DNA of 64,000 bases from Candidatus Obscuribacteraceae bacterium (GTDB lineage Bacteria > Cyanobacteriota > Vampirovibrionia > Obscuribacterales > Obscuribacteraceae). The notes below the pieces were generated by a model. That model ran no database searches. It was not told the origin of the DNA and worked only from the letters and a program-made list of their open reading frames with translations. The stretch lies in NCBI GenBank assembly GCA_044226015.1, contig JBGAHS010000011.1:210601-274600 (forward strand), written 5' to 3'. This document shows, in pieces, positions 1 through 9,864 of this stretch. The translations under genes were made by a program, and so were the position numbers. The number at the start of each line of letters is the position of its first letter. Position 1 is the stretch's first letter.

Positions 1-763
1 CACGTCTTTCAGCTTCTTCCAACTTGTGCAAGTAAGCCTTTAGATCATCTTCTTTCCACCACGCAGTAGCGTAAATTCGTTGGAGACGCTCTTTGTTTTC
101 GTCACCTCGCCAGTACGAGCCCGAAACCTTCATCAGCTTAAACGCTTTGATAAATCCGGTTGACGGTAAGTGTGGTCCGCGACAAAGATCATTCCATACA
201 TTCTTGCCCTCTTTATCGAGCATCAAATATAGTGTCGGGTTGTGATCTCTGTGCTCTGTCAAAAGCTCAGCTTTGAACTTTTCACCTTGCGATTTGAAGT
301 CACCGATCTGTTTATCAACATCGGGAATGCAATATCGCACTAATTTCTGATCTTCTTTGACGATCCTTTTCATTTCCGCTTCGATCTTATCGAGATCTTC
401 ATTAGTTAGCGGATGGTCAGTAATTTCGAAGTCGTAATAGAAGCCATCTTGAATGGTAGGACCAATTGCAATCTTCGCTTCCGGGAAAATGCGTTGCACC
501 GCCTGCGCCATTACGTGCGCAGTTGAATGACGAAGCAATTCCAACGCTTCGGGATCTTCAGCTGTAAGAATTTTGACCTGGTCACCACTTTCTAGCGGTG
601 TCGAGAGATCGCGAATCTCACCATTAATCAAACCTCCAACGGCTTTACGAAACAGCCCTTGTGAGATTGATTTGGCAAGATCTCCACAGCTTGAGCCTTT
701 GTCGAGACTCTTTTCACTGCCATCGGGCAGCTTAACCTGAACCATGGTTTCAACTTGAGACAT
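1..763 (-). CDS. thrS: Threonine--tRNA ligase, 5' part (runs off window start)
   Basis: Manual translation from ATG at 763: MSQVETMVQVKLPDGS...LLRHSTAHVMAQAVQRIFPEAKIAIGPTIQDGFYYDF, the TGS and editing-domain motifs of ThrRS. Not in the ORF track because it is truncated. Confidence 0.95.
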   Translation of the reverse strand, partial: MSQVETMVQVKLPDGSEKSLDKGSSCGDLAKSISQGLFRKAVGGLINGEIRDLSTPLESGDQVKILTAEDPEALELLRHSTAHVMAQAVQRIFPEAKIAIGPTIQDGFYYDFEITDHPLTNEDLDKIEAEMKRIVKEDQKLVRYCIPDVDKQIGDFKSQGEKFKAELLTEHRDHNPTLYLMLDKEGKNVWNDLCRGPHLPSTGFIKAFKLMKVSGSYWRGDENKERLQRIYATAWWKEDDLKAYLHKLEEAERR

Positions 764-924
764 AATCAACTCCTTTCTGCGGCATATACAAACTGCCGGC
801 GAAGCCCAATCATATCAAAAAGCGCCCTCTTTGCAGCCTAAATTGTACTAGCCGCAACGTTTTCGTTGCATTCCAGACATTTTTACAGTGTGCACCCTGC
901 CTGAAAATTTGATAGAAAAGGCAT

Positions 925-1140
925 TTAGCGTAACGGAACTATCTTGGCAATCGCGGTGCCGTCTTTCATAATCAAGATTTCCTCGCCGCCTTCCAGAGCT
1001 TCTAGCTGACCCGCAAGCTGAGTTCTGGCATCCTTTAATGTGGTTTTGCCCGAACATACCTGTTCCATTAATTTGGAAAGGAGATTTCTAATCTCTCTAA
1101 CACTTACTTTTCTGATTTGCTTAGGCGCCATTGCTTTCAT
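925..1140 (-). CDS. Phd/YefM-like antitoxin-fold protein (no adjacent toxin)
   Basis: VSVREIRNLLSKLMEQV...GEEILIMKDGTAIAKIVP matches the Phd/YefM pattern, with an apparent internal insertion. Confidence 0.55.
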   Translation of the reverse strand: MKAMAPKQIRKVSVREIRNLLSKLMEQVCSGKTTLKDARTQLAGQLEALEGGEEILIMKDGTAIAKIVPLR

Positions 1141-1587
1141 CTAAAATTCCTTGCGCATTTGATTTATGAACTCGGCAAGATTCTCATCGGTGGTGAAGAA
1201 ACGAACACCCGCTGCATCCCATGTATAGAATCCGGTTTTTGCATTGCCTGCATCAATCCACGCTTCCACTTTGATTCCTGCGCGACGTGATCTCTCAAAA
1301 CTCAGTTCAAATGAAGGTTCACTGGGTTCAAAAATAACCTTCTGCTTTTGCCCTTTCAACAGACTCTCTAATTGAACCGCAAAATTCTCCAATTCATCTG
1401 TAGGTGTCCGGCAAATACTGCAGCTTTCGCCCTCAAGACTTCTAAACCGATGCTCGCCGCTCTGAAGTGTCAGAGAAAGTCGCTGCCAACATTCATCTTG
1501 CATCGATGTCTCAACAAGTTGCTTATCGCCCGGACGAATCTCCAAACAACTCGGACAATCTTTTTCCTCGGACTGCAAAACTGCCAT
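1141..1587 (-). CDS. Hypothetical protein (weak resemblance to WapI-like proteins)
   Basis: 148-aa ORF tightly coupled to mnmE (1-bp gap) and to the next gene (0-bp gap); ELENF...FEPSEPSFELSF pattern. Confidence 0.6.
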   Translation of the reverse strand: MAVLQSEEKDCPSCLEIRPGDKQLVETSMQDECWQRLSLTLQSGEHRFRSLEGESCSICRTPTDELENFAVQLESLLKGQKQKVIFEPSEPSFELSFERSRRAGIKVEAWIDAGNAKTGFYTWDAAGVRFFTTDENLAEFINQMRKEF

Positions 1588-1588
1588 T

Positions 1589-3034
1589 TCATTTACCTAT
1601 GCAAAACTTGGAGAAGACCTCGGATATTATCTCCTCGCTTACCGCATTTCCAGAGATCTCAGACAATGCATCGATAGCAATCTTAAGATCTGACGCGATG
1701 CAGTCCTGAGGCATTCCTGCCAGCACAGTATCCAATGAGCTATCCAAACACTCTACAGCCTTCGTACATAAAGCCGATTGCCGCATATTTAATGATGGTG
1801 CATCTCGATTGACAGCATCCTTATATACCCAGTCTTCAATTGCTGAACTGAGTTCCTTTATGTGCGTCCCTGACAATGCAGAAACGGCGATAGTAGCTAC
1901 GCACTCAGATGTCAGGTTATCGGGATGAAAGTTGAGATTATCTCGCTGCGCTAATAAATCAATCTTATTTCCAACTATAAGCATAGGTTTGCCAGCTGAA
2001 TATTTGACGATGTCTTCTTCAGGTTGTGACCAACCTTCAGCGAGATCAACTAGAAGCAAAATCATGTCAGCTTCATCAATTGCTTTTTTACTTCGCTCGA
2101 TTCCAATTCTCTCAACGCGGTCTTCCGTATGCCTAATTCCAGCTGTATCAATGAGGGTTACAGGAATTCCGTTGAGGTCCAATATCTCTTCAATGCTATC
2201 TCTAGTAGTCCCTGGTATATCAGTTACGATAGCTCGCTCGAATTTAAGCAGCTGATTCAGTAAGCTGGACTTGCCTGCATTTGGGCGTCCTACCAGTGCG
2301 AGCTTCAGACCTTCTCTGAGAAATTTTCCAGCACGCGCAGTGCGAGCTAAATCAAAAAGTTCCTCGCGCGCCTTCTTGACGACCCTCTCGATCTCGGGTT
2401 CAGGCGCATCTCCGATCTCCTCTGGAAAATCGATGCCAGCAACTATTCGTGTTTGAACTTCAATTAGTTCTGCCCGCACAGAATTAATATGTTTGCCGAG
2501 CCGCCCGGTGAGGGCAGATACGGCCATTCGTCCCTGACGAGCAGTTTTAGCCTGAATGATATCGAGAACAGACTCTGCTTGAGTCAGATCAATCTTGCCG
2601 TTCAGAAACGCCCTCTCGGTGAACTCTCCCCGTCGTGACAAACGAGCACCTTGCCGAATTAATAATGCAAGTATTTCATTGCAGATTAACGAACCACCGT
2701 GACACGAGATTTCAACAAGGTCTTCACCGGTGTAAGTATGTGGTCCGCGAAACAAAGTCACTACGACTTCATCAACTATGTCTTTAGTGGACGGATCATA
2801 TATATACCCATGCTTCGCGAAGTGGCTTTTCAGAAGCGGAACTTCGGGAATTAAATTTTCGGGGACAGAAAATGCTCTCTCCGAAAAAATTTTCTGCAAA
2901 ATTTTTTCGGCATCAAAACCAGACATGCGCACGACCGCAATCGCACTTGGACCGGGCGATGTAGAGATTGCAGCAATAGTTTCAGTTGAATCGATCATAG
3001 TAATTTCTTCGCTGATCATACAATTTTCTCGCAT
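1589..3034 (-). CDS. mnmE: tRNA modification GTPase MnmE (TrmE)
   Basis: TIAAIST, TGEDLVEISCHGG, GRPNAGKSS, TDIPGTTRD, DTAG, NKID and C-terminal FCIGK. Exact start uncertain. Confidence 0.97.
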   Translation of the reverse strand: MRENCMISEEITMIDSTETIAAISTSPGPSAIAVVRMSGFDAEKILQKIFSERAFSVPENLIPEVPLLKSHFAKHGYIYDPSTKDIVDEVVVTLFRGPHTYTGEDLVEISCHGGSLICNEILALLIRQGARLSRRGEFTERAFLNGKIDLTQAESVLDIIQAKTARQGRMAVSALTGRLGKHINSVRAELIEVQTRIVAGIDFPEEIGDAPEPEIERVVKKAREELFDLARTARAGKFLREGLKLALVGRPNAGKSSLLNQLLKFERAIVTDIPGTTRDSIEEILDLNGIPVTLIDTAGIRHTEDRVERIGIERSKKAIDEADMILLLVDLAEGWSQPEEDIVKYSAGKPMLIVGNKIDLLAQRDNLNFHPDNLTSECVATIAVSALSGTHIKELSSAIEDWVYKDAVNRDAPSLNMRQSALCTKAVECLDSSLDTVLAGMPQDCIASDLKIAIDALSEISGNAVSEEIISEVFSKFCIGK

Positions 3035-3153
3035 GATCCTACTTGAACAGCATCTACTTCGGTGTTAGTATTCGTCACGTTTCGTAGGGAACGATCACAA
3101 AACGAAAGTTTCATGCAAAACAAATTCATAGGTAAAGGTTAGGGGGTAGCTCG

Positions 3154-3567
3154 ATGAACAGAGCAGAGTTAATCAACGCTGTTGCAGATATTACCGGACA
3201 AACAAAGCAGCAAACCGGCAATGCAGTTAACGCAATCCTGCACACAATTACAGGTGCATTGTCCAAGGGCGACAGAGTTATGCTCGTCGGCTTCGGAACA
3301 TTTGAACGCAGAAACCGCAAGGCACGTTCCGGCGTCAATCCGCAAAATCCGCGCCAAAAGCTAACCATTGCAGCAGCAAAGGTTCCAGCTTTCCGTGCTG
3401 GACAAGAGCTGAAAGACATCGTCGATGGACGTTCTAAGTTGCCAGCTCCACCAAAGGCTGAAGGTGCTGCTAAACCAGCTAAGAAAGCTGCTGCTAAGCC
3501 AGTTAAGAAAGCTGCTGCTAAGCCAGTCAAGAAGGCTGCAAAGAAGCCAGCTAAGAAGAGAAAATAA
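3154..3567 (+). CDS. hup: HU family DNA-binding protein with Lys/Ala/Pro-rich C-terminal tail
   Basis: MNRAELINAVA...LVGFGTF...R.GVNPQ...VPAFRAGQELK core followed by PAKKAAAKPVKK repeats. Confidence 0.93.
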   Translation: MNRAELINAVADITGQTKQQTGNAVNAILHTITGALSKGDRVMLVGFGTFERRNRKARSGVNPQNPRQKLTIAAAKVPAFRAGQELKDIVDGRSKLPAPPKAEGAAKPAKKAAAKPVKKAAAKPVKKAAKKPAKKRK

Positions 3568-3599
3568 TCTCGCTTAGTAAGCACAAGCGTTAAAGCTCA

Positions 3600-3637
3600 A
3601 AGAGAGAAGGAGCCCGGCTCCTTCTCTCTTATTTATT
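3600..3637 (+). terminator. Intrinsic terminator after hup
   Basis: Perfect 14-bp stem AAGAGAGAAGGAGC-ccg-GCTCCTTCTCTCTT followed by an AT-rich tract. Confidence 0.8.
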
Positions 3638-4140
3638 GTCCTCTTAGAGGAAAGCAATACGATATCGAGTGCGAATATAATTTCTATATTGCACTTCGAA
3701 TTTGTGTATTATCGAAAATACGACAATTCGGCAAAACCCTTATGCGCAAAGGATTTACGATGTCGCACGATCAAATATACCAGTTAGACTATTTTTTGCA
3801 ATGCCATCATAAGTGGTGGCAACTCAGTTTATCGAATAGGCTTCCTGCAGCATGAGCCTCAATAACAGCGCTTGTTGTAAGCGCCAGGACTCCTCAGCAC
3901 CCAAGCAATCGTCCTAGCAACATACACACTCTTAACCGACTAAATTGTTATAGAACAACTGATCGAGATCAACGATCAGCATTTTAAATAATCGGCAAAC
4001 CTCTTTCTGAAACTGAGACTAAACCAGTTTGCAAATCAGTTATGCAAATTGGATCAGGATAGACTCGCTACATAAGGCGAAAAGCTGAAAAAAACAAAAC
4101 AGACAAAATCAGCAAACGAAACGCTTTCGATAACAGTAAA

Positions 4141-4371
4141 TCAAGCACTTACACACTGCCTTGCAAAAAACTCCAGGCGCTGTGCTTCCTCATCATTGTT
4201 TTGTTTCACCATGCAAACAATCAGTCTAGAAAAAACTTCTTGCATCTCAGAACGATCAGGACCGAAAGCGATAATCACAATCGCTTTTCGAAGATGCGAT
4301 TCAGCAAGCTGAAAATCACGGGACGCCATAGCAGTACATGCTAGTGAAACTAAACCTTGAACCTTAGTCAT
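4141..4371 (-). CDS. Small helical (single TPR-like) hypothetical protein
   Basis: ORF with AGGGGG RBS before ATG at 4371; DFQLAESHLRKA TPR-like helix. Confidence 0.5.
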   Translation of the reverse strand: MTKVQGLVSLACTAMASRDFQLAESHLRKAIVIIAFGPDRSEMQEVFSRLIVCMVKQNNDEEAQRLEFFARQCVSA

Positions 4372-4443
4372 ATTTGTTGTCCCCCTAGTCAAAAAAAACT
4401 CGTACAAACAATTTCCTATTGCCATTTTGCCTTCCTAAAGGCT

Positions 4444-4941
4444 TCATGCGATTGCTGCCAGGCTGGGCAGAGCTCTGATTCCGCTTACAAACTTCTGGTT
4501 GAGATAAGCACAAACTCTTCCCTCAAGAGATTTGAGCTTTGGTTCATTGCCTGTGAACGTGTAAAGGTAATGCAATTTCAAGAGTACTGTTCCCAGCCCA
4601 TCGTAATTTACGAATGCCTTCTCGCTGTCGAATACGCAAAGTGCTTCTTCAAACAACTGTTCAGCCACCAAAAATTCCCCTTCGAGTTCATAGAGTTCTG
4701 CAAGCGAGAGCAATGTGCGCGCATTCTCTGAATACAAAGGTCCAAACAACTTATATTGAATATCGAGAATTCTCCAATAGGTGCTGCTGGCGGCATTTAT
4801 CATTTTCAGATTCTTGTAGAGTTCTGCAAGATTTTGTAATTCACAAATAACATTTGAATGATTTTTTCCCCAGCATTTCTCTGCTGCTTCCACCTTGTTT
4901 TTTGCTTGAGTCACAACGCTGTTAAAAACCAATTCTGTCAT
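4444..4941 (-). CDS. Tetratricopeptide repeat protein (kinesin-light-chain type)
   Basis: GKNHSNVICELQNLAELY and FGPLYSENARTLLSLAELY repeats; GGAG RBS before ATG at 4941. Confidence 0.75.
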   Translation of the reverse strand: MTELVFNSVVTQAKNKVEAAEKCWGKNHSNVICELQNLAELYKNLKMINAASSTYWRILDIQYKLFGPLYSENARTLLSLAELYELEGEFLVAEQLFEEALCVFDSEKAFVNYDGLGTVLLKLHYLYTFTGNEPKLKSLEGRVCAYLNQKFVSGIRALPSLAAIA

Positions 4942-5279
4942 GATATTTTCTCCGCGGCTTTCTGCATCCGTCACTTGATGGTTCTATTCAATCGTCTTTC
5001 GCACCGATCTGCCTCAATCAATTGATGGACGAAACAGTGTGATCTTCGGGTCACCCGATCTAACACGTTTGGTTGACACAAGAAATTGAAGGAGGAAACC
5101 TCCGCTACCTCACCCGATTGAGTGATTGACAGGCAAAAGGGGCGTTAACAAGCACCATTAGTTTTTTTAGTACGAAAACTAGAAGCTCAAAAGTGTTAAT
5201 TTGAAGCGGACCAGGATTTTGGACTACTTGTAGTCGATATTCTCGACACAATTATAGCCAAGCAATTTCCTCTCGATAC

Positions 5280-5323
5280 GATTGGCTTTAATTGATTGGC
5301 TCGGATTGATTGGCTCTGATTGA
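5280..5323. repeat. 3 x 14-bp tandem repeat GATTGGCTnnrATT
   Basis: gattggctttaatt / gattggctcggatt / gattggctctgatt, immediately 3' of the response-regulator stop codon. Confidence 0.8.
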
Positions 5324-5325
5324 AA

Positions 5326-6000
5326 CTAAACGAGATCAAGCTTCAGAGCTTTTACAGCAGCCTGAGTTCGATCTGATACTTCCAACTTTTCCATAATATG
5401 ACGCATATGGGTTTTGATAGTCTCTATTCCTACAACAAGACGTTGGGACATTTCTTGATTTGTCATTCCCTCGACCAGCAATCCGAGAACCTCAATCTCT
5501 CGAGCACTCAAATCGAGGCGCGGCTTTCTCAGGTTAATGTGCTTGTTATCATCAGCTTTGCCTGGAGGCACCAAATGCTGCAAGACCACATCTGCAATGC
5601 CAGGATCTAACCAGACAACGCCTTCTGAAACAGCGACAATGGCTCGCTCAAGCTGCTCAACTGAAATCGACTTGAGACAATAGCCCTCAGTGCCCGCAGC
5701 AAGAGCAGCAAAGACGTGCTCAGCGTTATCGTGTGAAGTAAACATGATAATTCGCGTAGAGGGCAGTTCTGCTTTGATGTGCTTAGCGGCATCAACCCCA
5801 TTCATTTGCGGTAGCCCAATATCCATTAGCACAACTTGAGGTCCTAACAATTTCGTCTGTTCGATAGCACTTAATCCATCGGCCGCTTCACCAACAACCT
5901 TGACCAATTTTGATTCTTTGAAGCTAAGCACCAGCCCAAGCCTTGTTATTTCCTGGTCTTCGACTAATAAAACACTGACTGGCTCTGAGATTGAAGGCAT
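5326..6000 (-). CDS. NarL/LuxR family response regulator
   Basis: REC domain (LVED, LMDIGLP, MFTS, YCLK) plus LSAREIEVL...TIKTHMRHIMEKL HTH. Confidence 0.93.
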   Translation of the reverse strand: MPSISEPVSVLLVEDQEITRLGLVLSFKESKLVKVVGEAADGLSAIEQTKLLGPQVVLMDIGLPQMNGVDAAKHIKAELPSTRIIMFTSHDNAEHVFAALAAGTEGYCLKSISVEQLERAIVAVSEGVVWLDPGIADVVLQHLVPPGKADDNKHINLRKPRLDLSAREIEVLGLLVEGMTNQEMSQRLVVGIETIKTHMRHIMEKLEVSDRTQAAVKALKLDLV

Positions 6001-6096
6001 ATTGTTCACCCGGATAGCGATAAATTCAAAGCCAAATTTCAACTGCATTATTCTATCTTACCGCTTCAACTAAATATGGAATAGCGGCTTTAGCAA

Positions 6097-7188
6097 TTAC
6101 TGTGAAAATGGAATAGAGACCACAAACTTAGTACCAGTTCCTTCAGCACTCAAGCATTCAATTTTGCCGAGGTGTGCCTCTGCAATCTGCCGGCAAAGAT
6201 AGAGCCCTAGACCGGTGCCTGAGTGGTAGCGCCGCCCTGTTCTTCCCTGAGCAAATCTATCAAAAAGAGTTTTTTGTTCTTCAGCTGATATTCCAGGACC
6301 ATTGTCTAAGACACTTAATACCAAAAGTTCCTCTACATGCTCCAGCTTGATGCGAACCTCACCGCCTGCAGCGCTAAACTTAAGGGCATTATCAACGAGA
6401 TTTTGAAGCAACCGAGAGATCGCATTATCATCAATAAAGGCAATGCAAGTATCCTCACATTCCAACCCGATCAAGACTTCGCGTGATTCCGCTAATGGTT
6501 GCATCTCTCTTATTTTCGCCCTTAAGACCCGAGCCACATCCACTTTCTTTCGGTAAATGATTTTTGGGTCGTGTTCAAAGCGATAAATTTCAATCAAGTT
6601 CTGAATCATCTTGAGTAGATTGACATTGGAATCTCTGAGAGTTCTCAGCACATCCTCAGCTTCCTTTGAAATTGAGCCAAGACTTTTATCATTCACCAGC
6701 AGATCCAATATTCGATTTGCTGCAATTAGAGGATTACGGAGATCATGCCCCAGCATAGCCACAAACTCCTCATATTGTTCGTAGAGCGCAAGTTTCTTGC
6801 GCTGTTCTTCGAATCTCTTTCGCTCCTTTGCATACCAAATTATTCGGGGCAGATTATGCTCGTTGATATCCTTCTTAAGAATGTAATCTTGCGCCCCGTT
6901 TTGCACGGCTTGAATCGCTGACTTTCGATGGTCCAAACCGGTCAAGATAACAACAGGCACTTTACTATTCGACCAATCCATTACCTCTTCAAAAGCCTCA
7001 AGTCCATCAGCGTCGGGAAGAGAGAGGTCCAGCAATATCACATCGAATTTATGCCTTAGGTTTCGCATCGACTCAAGGGTGGTTGCATGGGTAACGGAAA
7101 AACTCAGAGGGAGTAACTCCTTTGCAAACGTGGCGTCAGCGTCATTATCCTCAATTAACAGCACTGCTAGCTCATTATCTTCATCCAT
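6097..7188 (-). CDS. Hybrid response regulator-histidine kinase (REC-HisKA-HATPase)
   Basis: N-terminal REC (LIED, LLDLSLPD), HDLRNPL H-box, NLVDNALKF, DNGPGI, GTGLGL. Start set at the ATG just downstream of the preceding gene. Confidence 0.92.
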   Translation of the reverse strand: MDEDNELAVLLIEDNDADATFAKELLPLSFSVTHATTLESMRNLRHKFDVILLDLSLPDADGLEAFEEVMDWSNSKVPVVILTGLDHRKSAIQAVQNGAQDYILKKDINEHNLPRIIWYAKERKRFEEQRKKLALYEQYEEFVAMLGHDLRNPLIAANRILDLLVNDKSLGSISKEAEDVLRTLRDSNVNLLKMIQNLIEIYRFEHDPKIIYRKKVDVARVLRAKIREMQPLAESREVLIGLECEDTCIAFIDDNAISRLLQNLVDNALKFSAAGGEVRIKLEHVEELLVLSVLDNGPGISAEEQKTLFDRFAQGRTGRRYHSGTGLGLYLCRQIAEAHLGKIECLSAEGTGTKFVVSIPFSQ

Positions 7189-7189
7189 C

Positions 7190-7642
7190 TCACACTTCTC
7201 GCTTTGGCGGATATCTGACAGCAGCAAACCAGAAATTATCAAAAGTACGAATAATCTTACTGAACTGACCTAAATTCAAAGGCTTGGTGACATAGCAAGA
7301 GGCCTGAAGCTCATAGGTCCTCAAAATATCTTCATCAGCTTGTGATGTAGTTAAAATTACAACGGGAATCACTTTCAAATTCAAATCTTGCTTAATTTCA
7401 GCAAGCAATTCTTTGCCGTCCATTCTGGGCAAATTCAGGTCCAAAAGAATTAAGTCTGGACGCTCTTTCGTTGAAGAAGAGTATTCGCCTCTCTTTAGCA
7501 AATAATCTAGAGCTTCCTCTCCGTCGCGCACAACGTCGATATCAACAGCTACCTTCTCATCCATCAATGCTTCCAAGATGAGATCGGAATCCGCAGAATT
7601 GTCTTCCACAAGAAGTACTCTAAGCTTCTCTCCAAGGTTCAT
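7190..7642 (-). CDS. Single-domain response regulator (Rcp1-like)
   Basis: LVEDN.AD, PDLILLDLNLPRMDG, IPVVILTTS, YVTKP, FW terminal motif. Confidence 0.92.
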   Translation of the reverse strand: MNLGEKLRVLLVEDNSADSDLILEALMDEKVAVDIDVVRDGEEALDYLLKRGEYSSSTKERPDLILLDLNLPRMDGKELLAEIKQDLNLKVIPVVILTTSQADEDILRTYELQASCYVTKPLNLGQFSKIIRTFDNFWFAAVRYPPKREV

Positions 7643-7750
7643 AACGCCTCAATGATGCCTTTACTGAAGAAACAGTTTAAATTGCGATGTTCATATGGTA
7701 CAGGAATAGTATCAATCTTCAATCCCTATTTTCTTTTATCAAATAAGCAA

Positions 7751-9241
7751 ATGACTGAATCAAAACAAAATTTGCAGGTCGACGAGAAAACGATTCTATC
7801 GCTCTTGAACGAAGCAGCGACGGGCATTTTCATGATCGACGAAGTCGGAAAAATAATCTACGCAAATCGACAAGTGGAAGTTTTATTTGGCTATCAGGAA
7901 AATGAAATGCCAGGTAAATCAAGCGAAATACTTGCTATCAAATTACACAAAACGAATACGGAATCACTCAGAGCACAAGTCCTTGAAGAGAATTTCTCAG
8001 GAGTGCTTAGCGGGAAAGCAAAAGATGGCACCACATTGCAATTTGAAGTAAAAGTAAAAGAGTTCGGCTTAAAAGAAAAATCGTTTTTCATTTACTCGAT
8101 CGTCGACAAGCAAGAACGGCAGGAAGACCAAAGAGCCAAAGCTCAACTTGCCGCCATCGTCGCTTCGTCTACGGCAGCAATATTGAGCAAAGACCTTAAT
8201 GGAAAAATACTGACATGGAATTATGGTGCCGAAAAGCTTTTAGGCTACTCCGCTAGCGAAATGATTGGTAAGCCAGTAGAGAGAACCATTCCTGCTGACA
8301 AAGTCGATGAAGAAAAGGAAATTAGAATCAGAGTACGCAGTGGAGAGATTATTCCATCGCTAGAGACAGTCAGAGTTCATAAGAATGGAAGCCTGATTCA
8401 AGTAGCGATATCCGCCTCACCCATAAAAGATGAAGGAAACCAGATCGTCGCTACATCTACCATCATTTTGGACCTTTCAGCCATCAGGACTGTTGAAAAG
8501 CAACTTGCAGAAAAAATTGCAGAACTGCAAAGGTCAAATGAAGACCTCCAACAATTTGCCTATGTTTGCTCACATGATTTACAGGAACCCCTGCGAGTAA
8601 TCTCTAACTATGTGCAACTCATATCTAGACGCTATGAAGGACAGCTAGACGAGAAAGGGCAGCATTTTCTTCAGTACATTGTTGATGGCGCAGTCAGAAT
8701 GCAGCAGATGGTTGAAGACCTTCTAGTTTATAGTCGCGCAGGAAATCAGCGCTCAGAATCTTTGATCAATCTGAACAAAGTGATAAAGAGAGTCCAAGCC
8801 AACCTCAAATTAGTAATCGAAGAAAACAATGTAGACTTTGAAATCGATGGGGAACTCCCTTCCATTGTAGGTAACGAAACCGAATTGATTCAGGTTTTCC
8901 AGAATCTATTTTCGAATGCAATAAAATTTCGCCACAAAGAGAGACCGCGAATCACAGTTCTTAGCAGGGACGACAAGGACCACTGGATTATCACAGTAAA
9001 AGATAATGGAATTGGATTCGATATAAAGTACGCCCAGAAAATATTCGTGATTTTCCAGAGACTGCATACTCGACAGGAATTTCCTGGTAGCGGAATAGGA
9101 CTTGCGATCTGCAAGAAGATAGTGGAACGGCAGGGAGGCACTATCTTCACAGAATCAAAAAAGGGTGAAGGGAGCAGTTTTCACATGAGTTTTCCGAAAG
9201 TAAAACAGCAAACAAACAATACTGCCTCAAATACCCAATAG
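7751..9241 (+). CDS. PAS-PAS sensor histidine kinase
   Basis: Two PAS domains; SNEDLQQFAYVCSHDLQEPLR H-box, QVFQNLFSNAIKF, DNGIG, IFQRLH, GSGIGL. Confidence 0.93.
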   Translation: MTESKQNLQVDEKTILSLLNEAATGIFMIDEVGKIIYANRQVEVLFGYQENEMPGKSSEILAIKLHKTNTESLRAQVLEENFSGVLSGKAKDGTTLQFEVKVKEFGLKEKSFFIYSIVDKQERQEDQRAKAQLAAIVASSTAAILSKDLNGKILTWNYGAEKLLGYSASEMIGKPVERTIPADKVDEEKEIRIRVRSGEIIPSLETVRVHKNGSLIQVAISASPIKDEGNQIVATSTIILDLSAIRTVEKQLAEKIAELQRSNEDLQQFAYVCSHDLQEPLRVISNYVQLISRRYEGQLDEKGQHFLQYIVDGAVRMQQMVEDLLVYSRAGNQRSESLINLNKVIKRVQANLKLVIEENNVDFEIDGELPSIVGNETELIQVFQNLFSNAIKFRHKERPRITVLSRDDKDHWIITVKDNGIGFDIKYAQKIFVIFQRLHTRQEFPGSGIGLAICKKIVERQGGTIFTESKKGEGSSFHMSFPKVKQQTNNTASNTQ

Positions 9242-9291
9242 TATCCTTGCTTACGCTCTCGCTGAAGCCAGAAGCATAGCGCAGCAAGCTG

Positions 9292-9864
9292 CTATTTGGC
9301 TCTGGAAAAATACCATTTCGCATAGAGTAAGCTGAAGAGATTGTGCATAGCATGGGCAGTTACAGGTGCCCATAGATTACCAGTCACCTTGTACAAAGCC
9401 GCAAAAATAAACCCGGCACAACAAACAATGAGGACATACGTTTTCTTCTTCAACGCAGGGTCGTGAAGAAGACCAAACATCATGCTAGCAGCATAAGGTC
9501 CCCATTGAGACTGCATAGCACCACGAAAGAATACTTCCTCGGAGAAACCAGACAACAAAGCAAGCAAGAATATATCAGCAATATTTAGAAGCTTCACCAT
9601 TGGAGCAACAAATTCATCATTCATGTTTTTGAGTTCGCTAAAAACAGCAGGATAGCGCTGCGTGCAAACTCCAATAGCGATGGAGAAAGCCCCGGTGAAA
9701 AACGATACGACTATTCCTACGACAATGGCTGGAAGAGAGAATTGCATGCTTGACGCAAGCGGAATATGACTGAAATAAATCCACGAAGCTGCACCTAAAA
9801 TTAAAGCGCCTTCGATGTATATGAAAATTTTGAGAAGCGAATCTCTAGTCAGCCCTTCCATCAT
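9292..9864 (-). CDS. CPBP (CAAX protease-like, Abi) intramembrane metalloprotease
   Basis: EEVFFRG, FGLLH and H.MHN motifs in a multi-TM protein. Confidence 0.9.
   Translation of the reverse strand: MMEGLTRDSLLKIFIYIEGALILGAASWIYFSHIPLASSMQFSLPAIVVGIVVSFFTGAFSIAIGVCTQRYPAVFSELKNMNDEFVAPMVKLLNIADIFLLALLSGFSEEVFFRGAMQSQWGPYAASMMFGLLHDPALKKKTYVLIVCCAGFIFAALYKVTGNLWAPVTAHAMHNLFSLLYAKWYFSRAK

Noticed and set aside
3126..3584. Minus-strand 152-aa hydrophobic ORF
   Set aside because: Antisense shadow of hup and its Lys/Ala repeat.
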